DNA from: a virus
Lineage: Duplodnaviria; Caudoviricetes
Virus record (IMG/VR): IMGVR_UViG_3300005573_000089
Span: 4,420-68,419 of that record
Length of the DNA stretch: 64,000 bases
Direction: 5' to 3' (one strand)
Both the position numbers and the translations under genes were made by a program. Under the pieces are notes generated by a model that saw only the letters and a program-made list of their open reading frames with translations, searched no databases and was not told the DNA's origin. Shown here in pieces: positions 27,216 through 35,347 of the stretch (position 1 is the stretch's first letter; each line of letters starts with the position of its first letter).

Positions 27216-28367
27216 ATGAAAGTAGCTATAGTTACTACTTCTTTAGAAACACCTAAGAACTTTATTTCTATTTACAAGAATCAATTGAAATATGATCATA
27301 ATGATGTACATTACTATTGGGTAGGAGATCTTAATGCTAGACCAATACAAAGAGTTAGATCTGATCTTATTAAAACAATACCAGAAGAGAACTTTACTCT
27401 TTTTACTTACAATGATCAGTTGAAATGGATCAAGAAGACTTTTGATAAAGATTCTTATGATCAATACTGTTCTGTATTTCAAGTAAGTAATTATCAAAGA
27501 AGGATCATTGGATTTCTAAAAGCTGTACAGGATGGATCTGATATGATTATAGCAGTAGATTCAGATAATTTTGCTATAGATGAAGAAGATTTTATTGGAT
27601 CTCATATTAGATCATTAGGATCACATGATAATTCTATGTTTGTTTATCCTAATAGAGGCTATGTTAATCTCTTAGATTTCTTAGAGAAAAATATTAGTTC
27701 TAATGTATATGTAAGAGGAATTCCATTATATCTTAGGACTTATACAGATTATTCTATTGATTTTAAACCTAGTAATGTAGGTGTACATATTGGTCTATGG
27801 TATCAAGATCCAGATATAGAAGCAATATCAAGAATAGCCTATCCAGATCTAAAAATAAATAGAAAAGATACTGTTCCATTACAGTTCTGTTTAGATAAGA
27901 ACATCAATACATCAATGTGTTTACAGAACATTTCATTTCTATCTAAGTTCTTAATTGCACAATATGAATTTCCTATGAATGAAATGATAGATGGAATACC
28001 ATTAGGTAGATATGATGACATATGGGCTGGATATGTATGTAAAAAGATCTTAGATCAATTTAATTACAATATGTCATTTGGATCTCCTATAGCCTTACAT
28101 GATAGATTACCACATGATATACAGAAAGATTTCTTAAATGAATTCTGGGGAATGTACATTAATCTACTATTCTATCCACAGATCACTTCTATTGAATTAG
28201 AAGAAAAAGACAATATAATAGATTGTTTTGCTGAATTAGTATCTAAGTTATCTGAAAAGATTAGATTCTCTACTCCATCTATACGGAATTACTTTGATAG
28301 GATATGGATGCAAATGTTCTTATGGAAAGAGATGGTAGAGGTGATACAAGACGAATATAGAGATTAA
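27216..28367 (+). CDS. GT75 / reversibly glycosylated polypeptide (UDP-sugar mutase)-like protein
   Basis: AVDSDN, RGIP, GLWYQDPDIEA, GRYDDIWAGY, FGSP..H. Confidence 0.72.
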   Translation: MKVAIVTTSLETPKNFISIYKNQLKYDHNDVHYYWVGDLNARPIQRVRSDLIKTIPEENFTLFTYNDQLKWIKKTFDKDSYDQYCSVFQVSNYQRRIIGFLKAVQDGSDMIIAVDSDNFAIDEEDFIGSHIRSLGSHDNSMFVYPNRGYVNLLDFLEKNISSNVYVRGIPLYLRTYTDYSIDFKPSNVGVHIGLWYQDPDIEAISRIAYPDLKINRKDTVPLQFCLDKNINTSMCLQNISFLSKFLIAQYEFPMNEMIDGIPLGRYDDIWAGYVCKKILDQFNYNMSFGSPIALHDRLPHDIQKDFLNEFWGMYINLLFYPQITSIELEEKDNIIDCFAELVSKLSEKIRFSTPSIRNYFDRIWMQMFLWKEMVEVIQDEYRD

Positions 28368-28401
28368 AAATGAATCAATCTATGTAATAGGATCTGAACT
28401 T

Positions 28402-28671
28402 TTGTCTAATACTATCTTTTTCTATATTCCAGAAGACATGGTTAAAGATGGTAATATTGTATGTAATCTTCCTAGTTATGATCAAGAGATCTCAAAAGAA
28501 GATAATATAGAAGATTTTATTGCTAAAGGTATCATATGGGAATCTTTCCTTATAGCAATAGCCAATAATGTAAGTCCATTTATAGCATTTTTATTAGACA
28601 GTCTAGGAAGGAAAGATCCTAAATGGTATGAGGAACTTTGTTATTTTTATAAATCTGATCAAAGTTCTTAA
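28402..28671 (+). CDS. hypothetical protein
   Basis: ORF, last gene before a convergent junction. Confidence 0.55.
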   Translation: MSNTIFFYIPEDMVKDGNIVCNLPSYDQEISKEDNIEDFIAKGIIWESFLIAIANNVSPFIAFLLDSLGRKDPKWYEELCYFYKSDQSS

Positions 28672-28679
28672 ATCTAGAA

Positions 28680-28702
28680 AACGATTTATCACCTAAATCG
28701 AT
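28680..28702. repeat. 23-bp palindrome copy (core TCACC)
   Basis: fills most of the 32-nt gap between convergent genes. Confidence 0.92.
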
Positions 28703-28703
28703 C

Positions 28704-29630
28704 TTATACTGAATCTGCTAATGCATTTTTGAAGAATACTGCTTTATAGATCAAAGTTCTTGTAAATAGATCTTCTCTAGGAGATACCATAGGTGAAATA
28801 TTAGATGGATGTATTATTCTAAGACTAGGTACATTGATCCTTTCCTTCCATAGAGCTTTATCTACTATAGAAATAAGATCATCAATCTCCTTAGGAGACT
28901 TAGAATAAATCACTACAGCAATATTAAGTACAAATTCAGATATCCTATGATCTAACCATGGTTGTCTTATTTCTGGTCTACCTACTATATCTACAGCTAT
29001 TCTAGGGAAAGAATAAAGACTTAGATCATCATATGGAAAATCTGGATAGATCCATGTAGGCACACTTGCTTTAAAGTTAATATCTGCATTAAGATCATTC
29101 CAAGTACTTTCATTTTTATTTTTCCATATTGCAGTACCAAATGGATAATTGACATCTACAGTATCTTTACTAAGAACAACATAATTGTCATCATCTCCAG
29201 ATTCTTCAGCATATAATTTGATCCAATACTTTGTACTAGTACCAAGTCTATAATCTGTTCCAGCATCCAATAGATCAAATGTACCTTTAACATAAGTAAA
29301 ATCACTTAAAATATTCTGATATGAAATTACAGATGAACAAATAGTATTGCTTGGAGATCCATCTGAATCTGTACAAAGTTCTATATTAAAGTCATGATCA
29401 GGATCATTGTACTTTTTCATCCTGAATGATATTTCAAATTTATCCTTATCTTGTCCTCTGTTTACTGTAGAGAATGGTACAAATGATTGAGCTATTTCTA
29501 TTATTGTTCCCTTATCAAGTTCTATTGTAGAGTCTGTTACTATAGTATTCTGTGGATAGACATAATCTCTGATCACATTTACTATTTCACTTTTTATACC
29601 ATAGAAATCAAAAGAGAAAGAACCTAACAT
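28704..29630 (-). CDS. putative tail terminator/completion protein with an inserted beta-sandwich domain
   Basis: C-terminal FPRIAV...LNIAVVIYS..EIDDL pattern; position after the neck genes. Confidence 0.5.
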   Translation of the reverse strand: MLGSFSFDFYGIKSEIVNVIRDYVYPQNTIVTDSTIELDKGTIIEIAQSFVPFSTVNRGQDKDKFEISFRMKKYNDPDHDFNIELCTDSDGSPSNTICSSVISYQNILSDFTYVKGTFDLLDAGTDYRLGTSTKYWIKLYAEESGDDDNYVVLSKDTVDVNYPFGTAIWKNKNESTWNDLNADINFKASVPTWIYPDFPYDDLSLYSFPRIAVDIVGRPEIRQPWLDHRISEFVLNIAVVIYSKSPKEIDDLISIVDKALWKERINVPSLRIIHPSNISPMVSPREDLFTRTLIYKAVFFKNALADSV

Positions 29631-29633
29631 AGA

Positions 29634-30065
29634 TCATAATCCCTCATATGCTCTCTTAAACAATTCTTCAAAATCAGAACTAATACCTCTAAGGAGATCT
29701 TCCTTAATGCTTAAGTTAAATAGATCTTTCTCTACTGTTTGTTGATATTTAGGTGTATGTTCTTTAGAATAATTCCTCCAAGCAGCATATTCAGTATTAA
29801 GATTAGGACATTTGATCTTAGATCTCCTAGTACCTTTCTGTATCTTACCTATTTTCTTAACCATAGGTTTCTTTTTCTTTAATTCCTTTGAATAGAGTGT
29901 AACATCAATAACAACTCTATCAAATTCTCTTTTTACAACACTTTCTTCCATTAATTCTGGATAAGTTTCTCTACCAATATCAAGTACTTTAGTAGCAATA
30001 GATTCTCCTACTCTGTACAATTCCCTAAGCACTATTTCTCTTAAAGCATCTCCTATTAATAGCAT
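29634..30065 (-). CDS. putative neck protein
   Basis: synteny between head closure and terminator. Confidence 0.4.
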   Translation of the reverse strand: MLLIGDALREIVLRELYRVGESIATKVLDIGRETYPELMEESVVKREFDRVVIDVTLYSKELKKKKPMVKKIGKIQKGTRRSKIKCPNLNTEYAAWRNYSKEHTPKYQQTVEKDLFNLSIKEDLLRGISSDFEELFKRAYEGL

Positions 30066-30433
30066 TATTTTTCTCTCCTCTTCAATAATACTTCTAAGAA
30101 ATCTATCATTTCACTTTTCCCTCTAGTAACAATTGTATCTACTAGACATTCAGTACCATCATGTAAAATAACTAGATCATTAGGATGAATAGAATCCTTG
30201 AACTTAGAAGAAAATAATGCAATATAATCAATATCATTTTCTACACCAACGATCATCCAATTTTCTCTAAGTCCTCCAGATTGATGTACTAATGCTATTG
30301 TTTCAAACCAATCTTCTTCTGGATATGAATATTCAAAACCACCATATTGATCCATTGTACCAGATCTTGGTTTAACAGTTACTGGTTCTCCCCATTTAGA
30401 TATTATTTTATTGACAGATCTAGATGCAGACAA
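30065..30433 (-). CDS. putative head-closure protein (SPP1 gp16-like)
   Basis: 122 aa beta-rich, GEPVTV start, synteny. Confidence 0.55.
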   Translation of the reverse strand: MSASRSVNKIISKWGEPVTVKPRSGTMDQYGGFEYSYPEEDWFETIALVHQSGGLRENWMIVGVENDIDYIALFSSKFKDSIHPNDLVILHDGTECLVDTIVTRGKSEMIDFLEVLLKRREK

Positions 30434-30439
30434 TTATGA

Positions 30440-31054
30440 TCATCCTCTCAATATTAACTTAGATTTAATTCTACTCATAGTTGTAAGATATGAATTCCAA
30501 CATCTATTAGCAGGACTATTATCATATTTGTACGTATGAGCACCTAATCTAACATATGTTGGTAATTCCATATATTCTGCTGTAAAGTACAAATATCCTG
30601 CTAAATAACAAATAGCTGTTTTTAATAAAGTACTATTAACTTCATAGTTAGAATATCTATAATCTGCTGTAACACCTTCATAATCTGTACTTACAGGATC
30701 TTTGGTAGTAAAGAATCCATTCAAATAATCAATAGAATCTATATCAATCTCTGTTTTTGTCTGTACATCATCTAAGTCTTCCCATACATAAACTTCTATA
30801 TCATCAGTATCAATTGTTCCATCTAAATTCTGATCGATTATAGGCTTATATGAAGTATAGAAAATAGTATTAGAAGAATCAATAGTTCCAGCACATTGAT
30901 CATCTCTAACCTGAATTGAAAAATCTGGTAATATAGAATACTTAGCTATTTGAATATAATACTCTAACGTTTCATCATCTGCATAATTAAGATCAGTAAC
31001 TATAGAAGGCAATCCATTAATGATTCTTACATCATAAGGAGTGATCCAAGTCAT
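30440..31054 (-). CDS. putative head-tail adaptor
   Basis: helical N- and C-termini (LKTAICYLAGYL), synteny. Confidence 0.5.
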   Translation of the reverse strand: MTWITPYDVRIINGLPSIVTDLNYADDETLEYYIQIAKYSILPDFSIQVRDDQCAGTIDSSNTIFYTSYKPIIDQNLDGTIDTDDIEVYVWEDLDDVQTKTEIDIDSIDYLNGFFTTKDPVSTDYEGVTADYRYSNYEVNSTLLKTAICYLAGYLYFTAEYMELPTYVRLGAHTYKYDNSPANRCWNSYLTTMSRIKSKLILRG

Positions 31055-31136
31055 ATTCTTTCCCTCATCTATTATCTAATTGACTCAATTTAAAAAGATT
31101 GTTTACATATCAAAAATAAGTCTTATTTCTCCTACG

Positions 31137-31159
31137 ATCGATTTAGGAGATAAATCGAT
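31137..31159. repeat. 23-bp palindrome copy (core GGAGA)
   Basis: 1 nt beyond the minus-strand stop at 31161. Confidence 0.95.
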
Positions 31160-31160
31160 T

Positions 31161-31436
31161 TTAGAATTTGTACCAGACACAAGGTAGATCTATAGAAGGA
31201 TCTTGTATTTTCTCAAAACATCTAAAACAATTCTTTACTCCAAGACAAGATCCTCTTCTAACGTACAATGGTTTCTTTTGATATAAAATACATTTTACTT
31301 CTAATGTACTACCAGATACAAAAACAATTGGTTCTGTACTTTTAGCATATACACATCTATAACATGGTTTCAATATTCCATAAGAAATAGTACCCTTTAG
31401 TAAATAACCAAAAAATAACTTGATCCTTTCAAACAA
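31161..31436 (-). CDS. Cys-rich hypothetical protein
   Basis: CYRC, C, C, CFRC, C. Confidence 0.55.
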   Translation of the reverse strand: MFERIKLFFGYLLKGTISYGILKPCYRCVYAKSTEPIVFVSGSTLEVKCILYQKKPLYVRRGSCLGVKNCFRCFEKIQDPSIDLPCVWYKF

Positions 31437-32090
31437 TTAGCATCTTCCTATTATCTGCTTATCATGAAATACTTTCTCTACATTGAATGCATTTCTATCC
31501 CAAGAGATCTTAAAGTCAGTTATTATTCTATAGATATATGGACTAGCAGATGTTTCTCCTTCTACTCTCAAAGTACAAGATCTATTATTATATGCTGCTG
31601 CACTTGCAGGTACAGATCTTCTTAACCAGAATCCAGCCCAATCATCTGCACCTACAGATCCAGTATAATCTTTTCCTGAAACAGTTACAGTACTAGAGGG
31701 AGATCCTTCATCAACCCATGAAATACCACTTGGTGCTGTTGTGTCATTAGCAATTGTTTGAATAGTTCCATCAGGGTTTCCTCCAGCTCCAGCAGGTCTC
31801 TCTGTACCAAATGAAATTACATCATAGTTAGATCCAGATCTTGTATAACCAGTAATGTATGCTTTAGTATTCATCCATGTATATCCTGCTTTAGTATTAT
31901 GAATTCCAATAGCTCTATATTCAACTCTACCAGTTAATGCTTCATCTCCAGTAACATCATCAAATATATTATTTGCTACACCAGATGGAATAGTATTCGT
32001 ACCTAACGTTCCACCTAATGATAATGCAGGGTTAGTTGTACTACCAGTTGCTGTATATTTAAACAATAAATCTGATTCTGCTATGGGCAT
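31437..32090 (-). CDS. putative virion structural protein
   Basis: SLGG..NNIFDDV..EYR pattern, Gly/Thr/Ser rich, follows the MCP. Confidence 0.5.
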   Translation of the reverse strand: MPIAESDLLFKYTATGSTTNPALSLGGTLGTNTIPSGVANNIFDDVTGDEALTGRVEYRAIGIHNTKAGYTWMNTKAYITGYTRSGSNYDVISFGTERPAGAGGNPDGTIQTIANDTTAPSGISWVDEGSPSSTVTVSGKDYTGSVGADDWAGFWLRRSVPASAAAYNNRSCTLRVEGETSASPYIYRIITDFKISWDRNAFNVEKVFHDKQIIGRC

Positions 32091-32148
32091 ATTACATCAC
32101 AATCTTATTAATTATATTTGGTATTAAAAAACATTACTAGATACAAAA

Positions 32149-32171
32149 ATTGATTTATCACCTAAACTGAT
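32149..32171. repeat. degenerate palindrome copy (core TCACC)
   Basis: attgattta tcacc taaactgat, downstream of the MCP. Confidence 0.85.
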
Positions 32172-32240
32172 CTTACAATTAGAAAGTTTTAAGGTAATGC
32201 AAAAATGCATTACCATTCTCTATCAAAAAATTCTTAGGTA

Positions 32241-33317
32241 CTAAGTAATAGTTGCAGGATATAGATTTGCTCTTCCACCAACAACAATTGCTACAGCTAG
32301 ATCATCAACTACTCCAAATCCTCTTTCAGTCCATAAGTGATACCAGACAGAATCATATTCATATTTGTCTTCTCTATAGCCATTAAGTTCTCTCTTTATT
32401 ACATCATATCCTAGTCTACTTGAATCTAATGCTATACCAACACCTTCTGGTACTCTTGTAGATGTTACTACCTTCATTCCAAATACTTTACCTATTTCAC
32501 CATTGACTATTGCTTCTGAACTACCATATGCAGATTTATCTAAGAACTTTAAGCTAGCATCATATAATAAGCCAGGTAGATCAGCTGGATTCATTAGGAA
32601 GAAATCTGGATTTCTATTATTTCCTACTATTTTATTCTTAGCCTGTAGCATATCCCAAGCTGAAATTGTCTTAGCAGCTTTTACTTCAAGTGTCATTGTA
32701 TTGCTATTTGGTCTGTAAGCATAAGTATAGACAAATGTTGATGCAGGTGCAGTAGCTTTAAAGTATACAACACCATCATAGTAATCAACTTTATCTATTG
32801 TATTACCATTTACAGAGATTATTTCTAATATAGGTGCATAACTAGCTGATACAGTATAACTTAATGTACCAGTTCCACCTTCAAATGAAGCAGTTCTTTG
32901 TTTAATATCTAACATAACTGTTTTAGCAACATTATCTATCTGTTCAGCCCATTGTAAACCTGCTTCATAGATATGATCTTTAATAACATCTCTCATTGCA
33001 GCTTCTAATGCTTCATTAGTAAATTCTAGTCTAGTTCCACCTTTAGATACTCTGATAGTTACAGCATCATAAGCAAATGAACTAGGAGCTATACTCTGTC
33101 CTGGACTTACACCCCAAGAAGTAGTTATACCTGTACTTTTCTTTGCAAATACAATTTCATGTGGAGTATTAGGACCTACAAGATCTCTATTCTGTTTAAA
33201 GAACTGAGCAAATATTGTTTTACCTCTAGCTACTTCCTCTAAAGTCTTACTTATAACTTTTGGAGTAATTGCAGCTACATCTGCAGTACCTAAAGCTAAT
33301 TCTTCTATTCCTTTCAT
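32241..33317 (-). CDS. major capsid protein (HK97 fold)
   Basis: ITPKVISKTL, E-loop/spine-helix pattern, GEIGKVFGMKVVTSTRVP; downstream of the protease/scaffold. Confidence 0.8.
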   Translation of the reverse strand: MKGIEELALGTADVAAITPKVISKTLEEVARGKTIFAQFFKQNRDLVGPNTPHEIVFAKKSTGITTSWGVSPGQSIAPSSFAYDAVTIRVSKGGTRLEFTNEALEAAMRDVIKDHIYEAGLQWAEQIDNVAKTVMLDIKQRTASFEGGTGTLSYTVSASYAPILEIISVNGNTIDKVDYYDGVVYFKATAPASTFVYTYAYRPNSNTMTLEVKAAKTISAWDMLQAKNKIVGNNRNPDFFLMNPADLPGLLYDASLKFLDKSAYGSSEAIVNGEIGKVFGMKVVTSTRVPEGVGIALDSSRLGYDVIKRELNGYREDKYEYDSVWYHLWTERGFGVVDDLAVAIVVGGRANLYPATIT

Positions 33318-33397
33318 GGGTTTTTCAATATAAGATATGATAATAAGCTTATTAATTAATCATTCTAAATATAAAAAAATAACCTAATAAAAAATAT

Positions 33398-33685
33398 CTA
33401 TCCTGGTGTTCTATTCTTTGGTGGATTTAATCTATAATCTTGTATAGCATAATTAGCTGCTTGTTCTAACATTTCTTCTGATCTCTTCCTAAGTTCTAAA
33501 GATTCTCTATCAGAAACTTCTTCTATTTTCTTAACTGTATGTAGAACTGTTCCACTATTTTCATTACTGTAATTAGTTCCCTTAGATCTTAGTTCTTCTA
33601 TTTCAGATTTTAAAGAGTTAACTTCTATTAATAAACCTCTAATCATATCAGAAAGTTCTTTAATCGGATCTTTATTCTCTGACAT
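33398..33685 (-). CDS. coiled-coil protein, possible scaffold
   Basis: heptad-rich, lies between the protease and the MCP. Confidence 0.45.
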   Translation of the reverse strand: MSENKDPIKELSDMIRGLLIEVNSLKSEIEELRSKGTNYSNENSGTVLHTVKKIEEVSDRESLELRKRSEEMLEQAANYAIQDYRLNPPKNRTPG

Positions 33686-33687
33686 TT

Positions 33688-35247
33688 CTATCTCCTTTTC
33701 TTCTCTCCAAATATGATCAATTCAGCTACTTTATCTAAAGATTTAGAAGTCTCATCAATTATCTGATCAATATCAAATTCTATTTTAGGTTCTTCTTTTA
33801 TCTCTTCTTTAGGTTGTACTTCTGGTTGTTCTACTGGTTTGATCTCTTCCTTAGGTGATTCTATATGTTCCTCTTTAACTGGTACTTGTTCTGAAGGTTG
33901 TACTACTGATTGAACTGGTTGTACAGATGTATTTTCCTCTATAGATTCCTTCTTTTCCTCTTTAGTAGATTCTTCTTCTACAGATGGATATTCTTCCTTA
34001 CCTTCTTTCTTCTCTAGATCATTAACATATTTCTTAGCTTCTTCCTCAGTATCAAATTCTTTTAATAGCTTATCATCTTTGTCAAATACACCAAACTTAC
34101 CATTATCCAATTTTTTGATCTTGTATTCTGAAGCAAGATCTGATAAGCCTTCTATGTACTTATCTGCTTCTTCCTTAGTATCAAATGATTTAACAATCTT
34201 CCATAATCCACCATCAGATGGAACTTTAAAGACAGTATACTTACCAGTTTTCTTATTTTTAATTACTTTGTATTCAGAAAGGATCTCTATATCATCAATT
34301 GTAAGATCATCTTCTGTAAGTTTCTTAGTCTTTCTTTGCTTAGGAGAAGGGTAATAATATGGATAATAATATGGATATGGATATTCGTAATAGTAAGGAT
34401 ATGGATATTCGTAATATGGATAATAATAGTAACCAGTCTTTCTCTTTACTTTCTCTTTAGATCCATCTGGTTTAGCATACTTAAAGATCCTTTTATTCTC
34501 TAAAATTGCTTTAGATAATGGCATAGATTCTAGTTCGATCTCTATCTCAGGTTGATCATTTAGTTCATTCTCATCTGGAAGTACATATACAAGTGGATCA
34601 TTAGTTTCAGACATAGTTTCCTCAACCTTACATAGTTCATTCTTAGTTAAAAGTTTTTGTATTGAATCAGATGGATATATACCAAAGAATGACTTAGATG
34701 ATGATCCAGATGAAAGTTCTTGGAAATATGTAATAACACAAGGTGCACATGCTGGATATTCTGTTAAAGAATTGTCTATTGGTTTAATATCTTTTCCTTT
34801 AGGAGTTCCTCTTTCAAGTACTCTGATCATTGAAGATTTAAGTGATGTAGCTGTAAATCTCTTATTCTTTACATCTTCAATCGCTTTAGGATCTGTAATT
34901 GTAGCTTCATAGACTATTGATTTGATTGTATCATCCCAATTTACATTATCTATTTTCCCTACTGTCTTAGGACCATATTCTGGATCTTTTTCATGTTCTA
35001 CTTTAATAGGCATATTAATCAGAGTATCTTTCTCTCTTTCATACATTTTCTTTAGTTCTTCTGGAGAATATACAACTCCATTCCAAATACCAGGTGCTAT
35101 TAATATTCCACTGATCTTTATTTTGTCTTGTAATTCTTCAAATGTAAAATGAGATAATGAATGTACATCCATCTGAGAACTATCTGATTCATTCCTTAGT
35201 TCTTTGATCTCTGCTAATAGTTCTGATATAATGCTCTGTTCACTCAT
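33688..35247 (-). CDS. putative prohead protease-scaffold fusion
   Basis: N-terminal beta-rich domain (G..YSPEEL, H, VG, SL..PAC) as in assemblin-fold head proteases; Tyr/Pro and Glu/Lys low-complexity C-terminus. Confidence 0.6.
   Translation of the reverse strand: MSEQSIISELLAEIKELRNESDSSQMDVHSLSHFTFEELQDKIKISGILIAPGIWNGVVYSPEELKKMYEREKDTLINMPIKVEHEKDPEYGPKTVGKIDNVNWDDTIKSIVYEATITDPKAIEDVKNKRFTATSLKSSMIRVLERGTPKGKDIKPIDNSLTEYPACAPCVITYFQELSSGSSSKSFFGIYPSDSIQKLLTKNELCKVEETMSETNDPLVYVLPDENELNDQPEIEIELESMPLSKAILENKRIFKYAKPDGSKEKVKRKTGYYYYPYYEYPYPYYYEYPYPYYYPYYYPSPKQRKTKKLTEDDLTIDDIEILSEYKVIKNKKTGKYTVFKVPSDGGLWKIVKSFDTKEEADKYIEGLSDLASEYKIKKLDNGKFGVFDKDDKLLKEFDTEEEAKKYVNDLEKKEGKEEYPSVEEESTKEEKKESIEENTSVQPVQSVVQPSEQVPVKEEHIESPKEEIKPVEQPEVQPKEEIKEEPKIEFDIDQIIDETSKSLDKVAELIIFGEKKRR
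34349..34433 (-). repeat. Tyr-Pro low-complexity repeat in the protease/scaffold
   Basis: YYYYPYYEYPYPYYYEYPYPYYYPYYYP. Confidence 0.85.
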
Positions 35248-35347
35248 TAATGCTTCACTAAAATTGAATTATATTACTCTAAATAATAAATCTATTCAAT
35301 TTGTCAAATAATACACGTTTATATTTACAAAAAGATTTTAAATGTAA

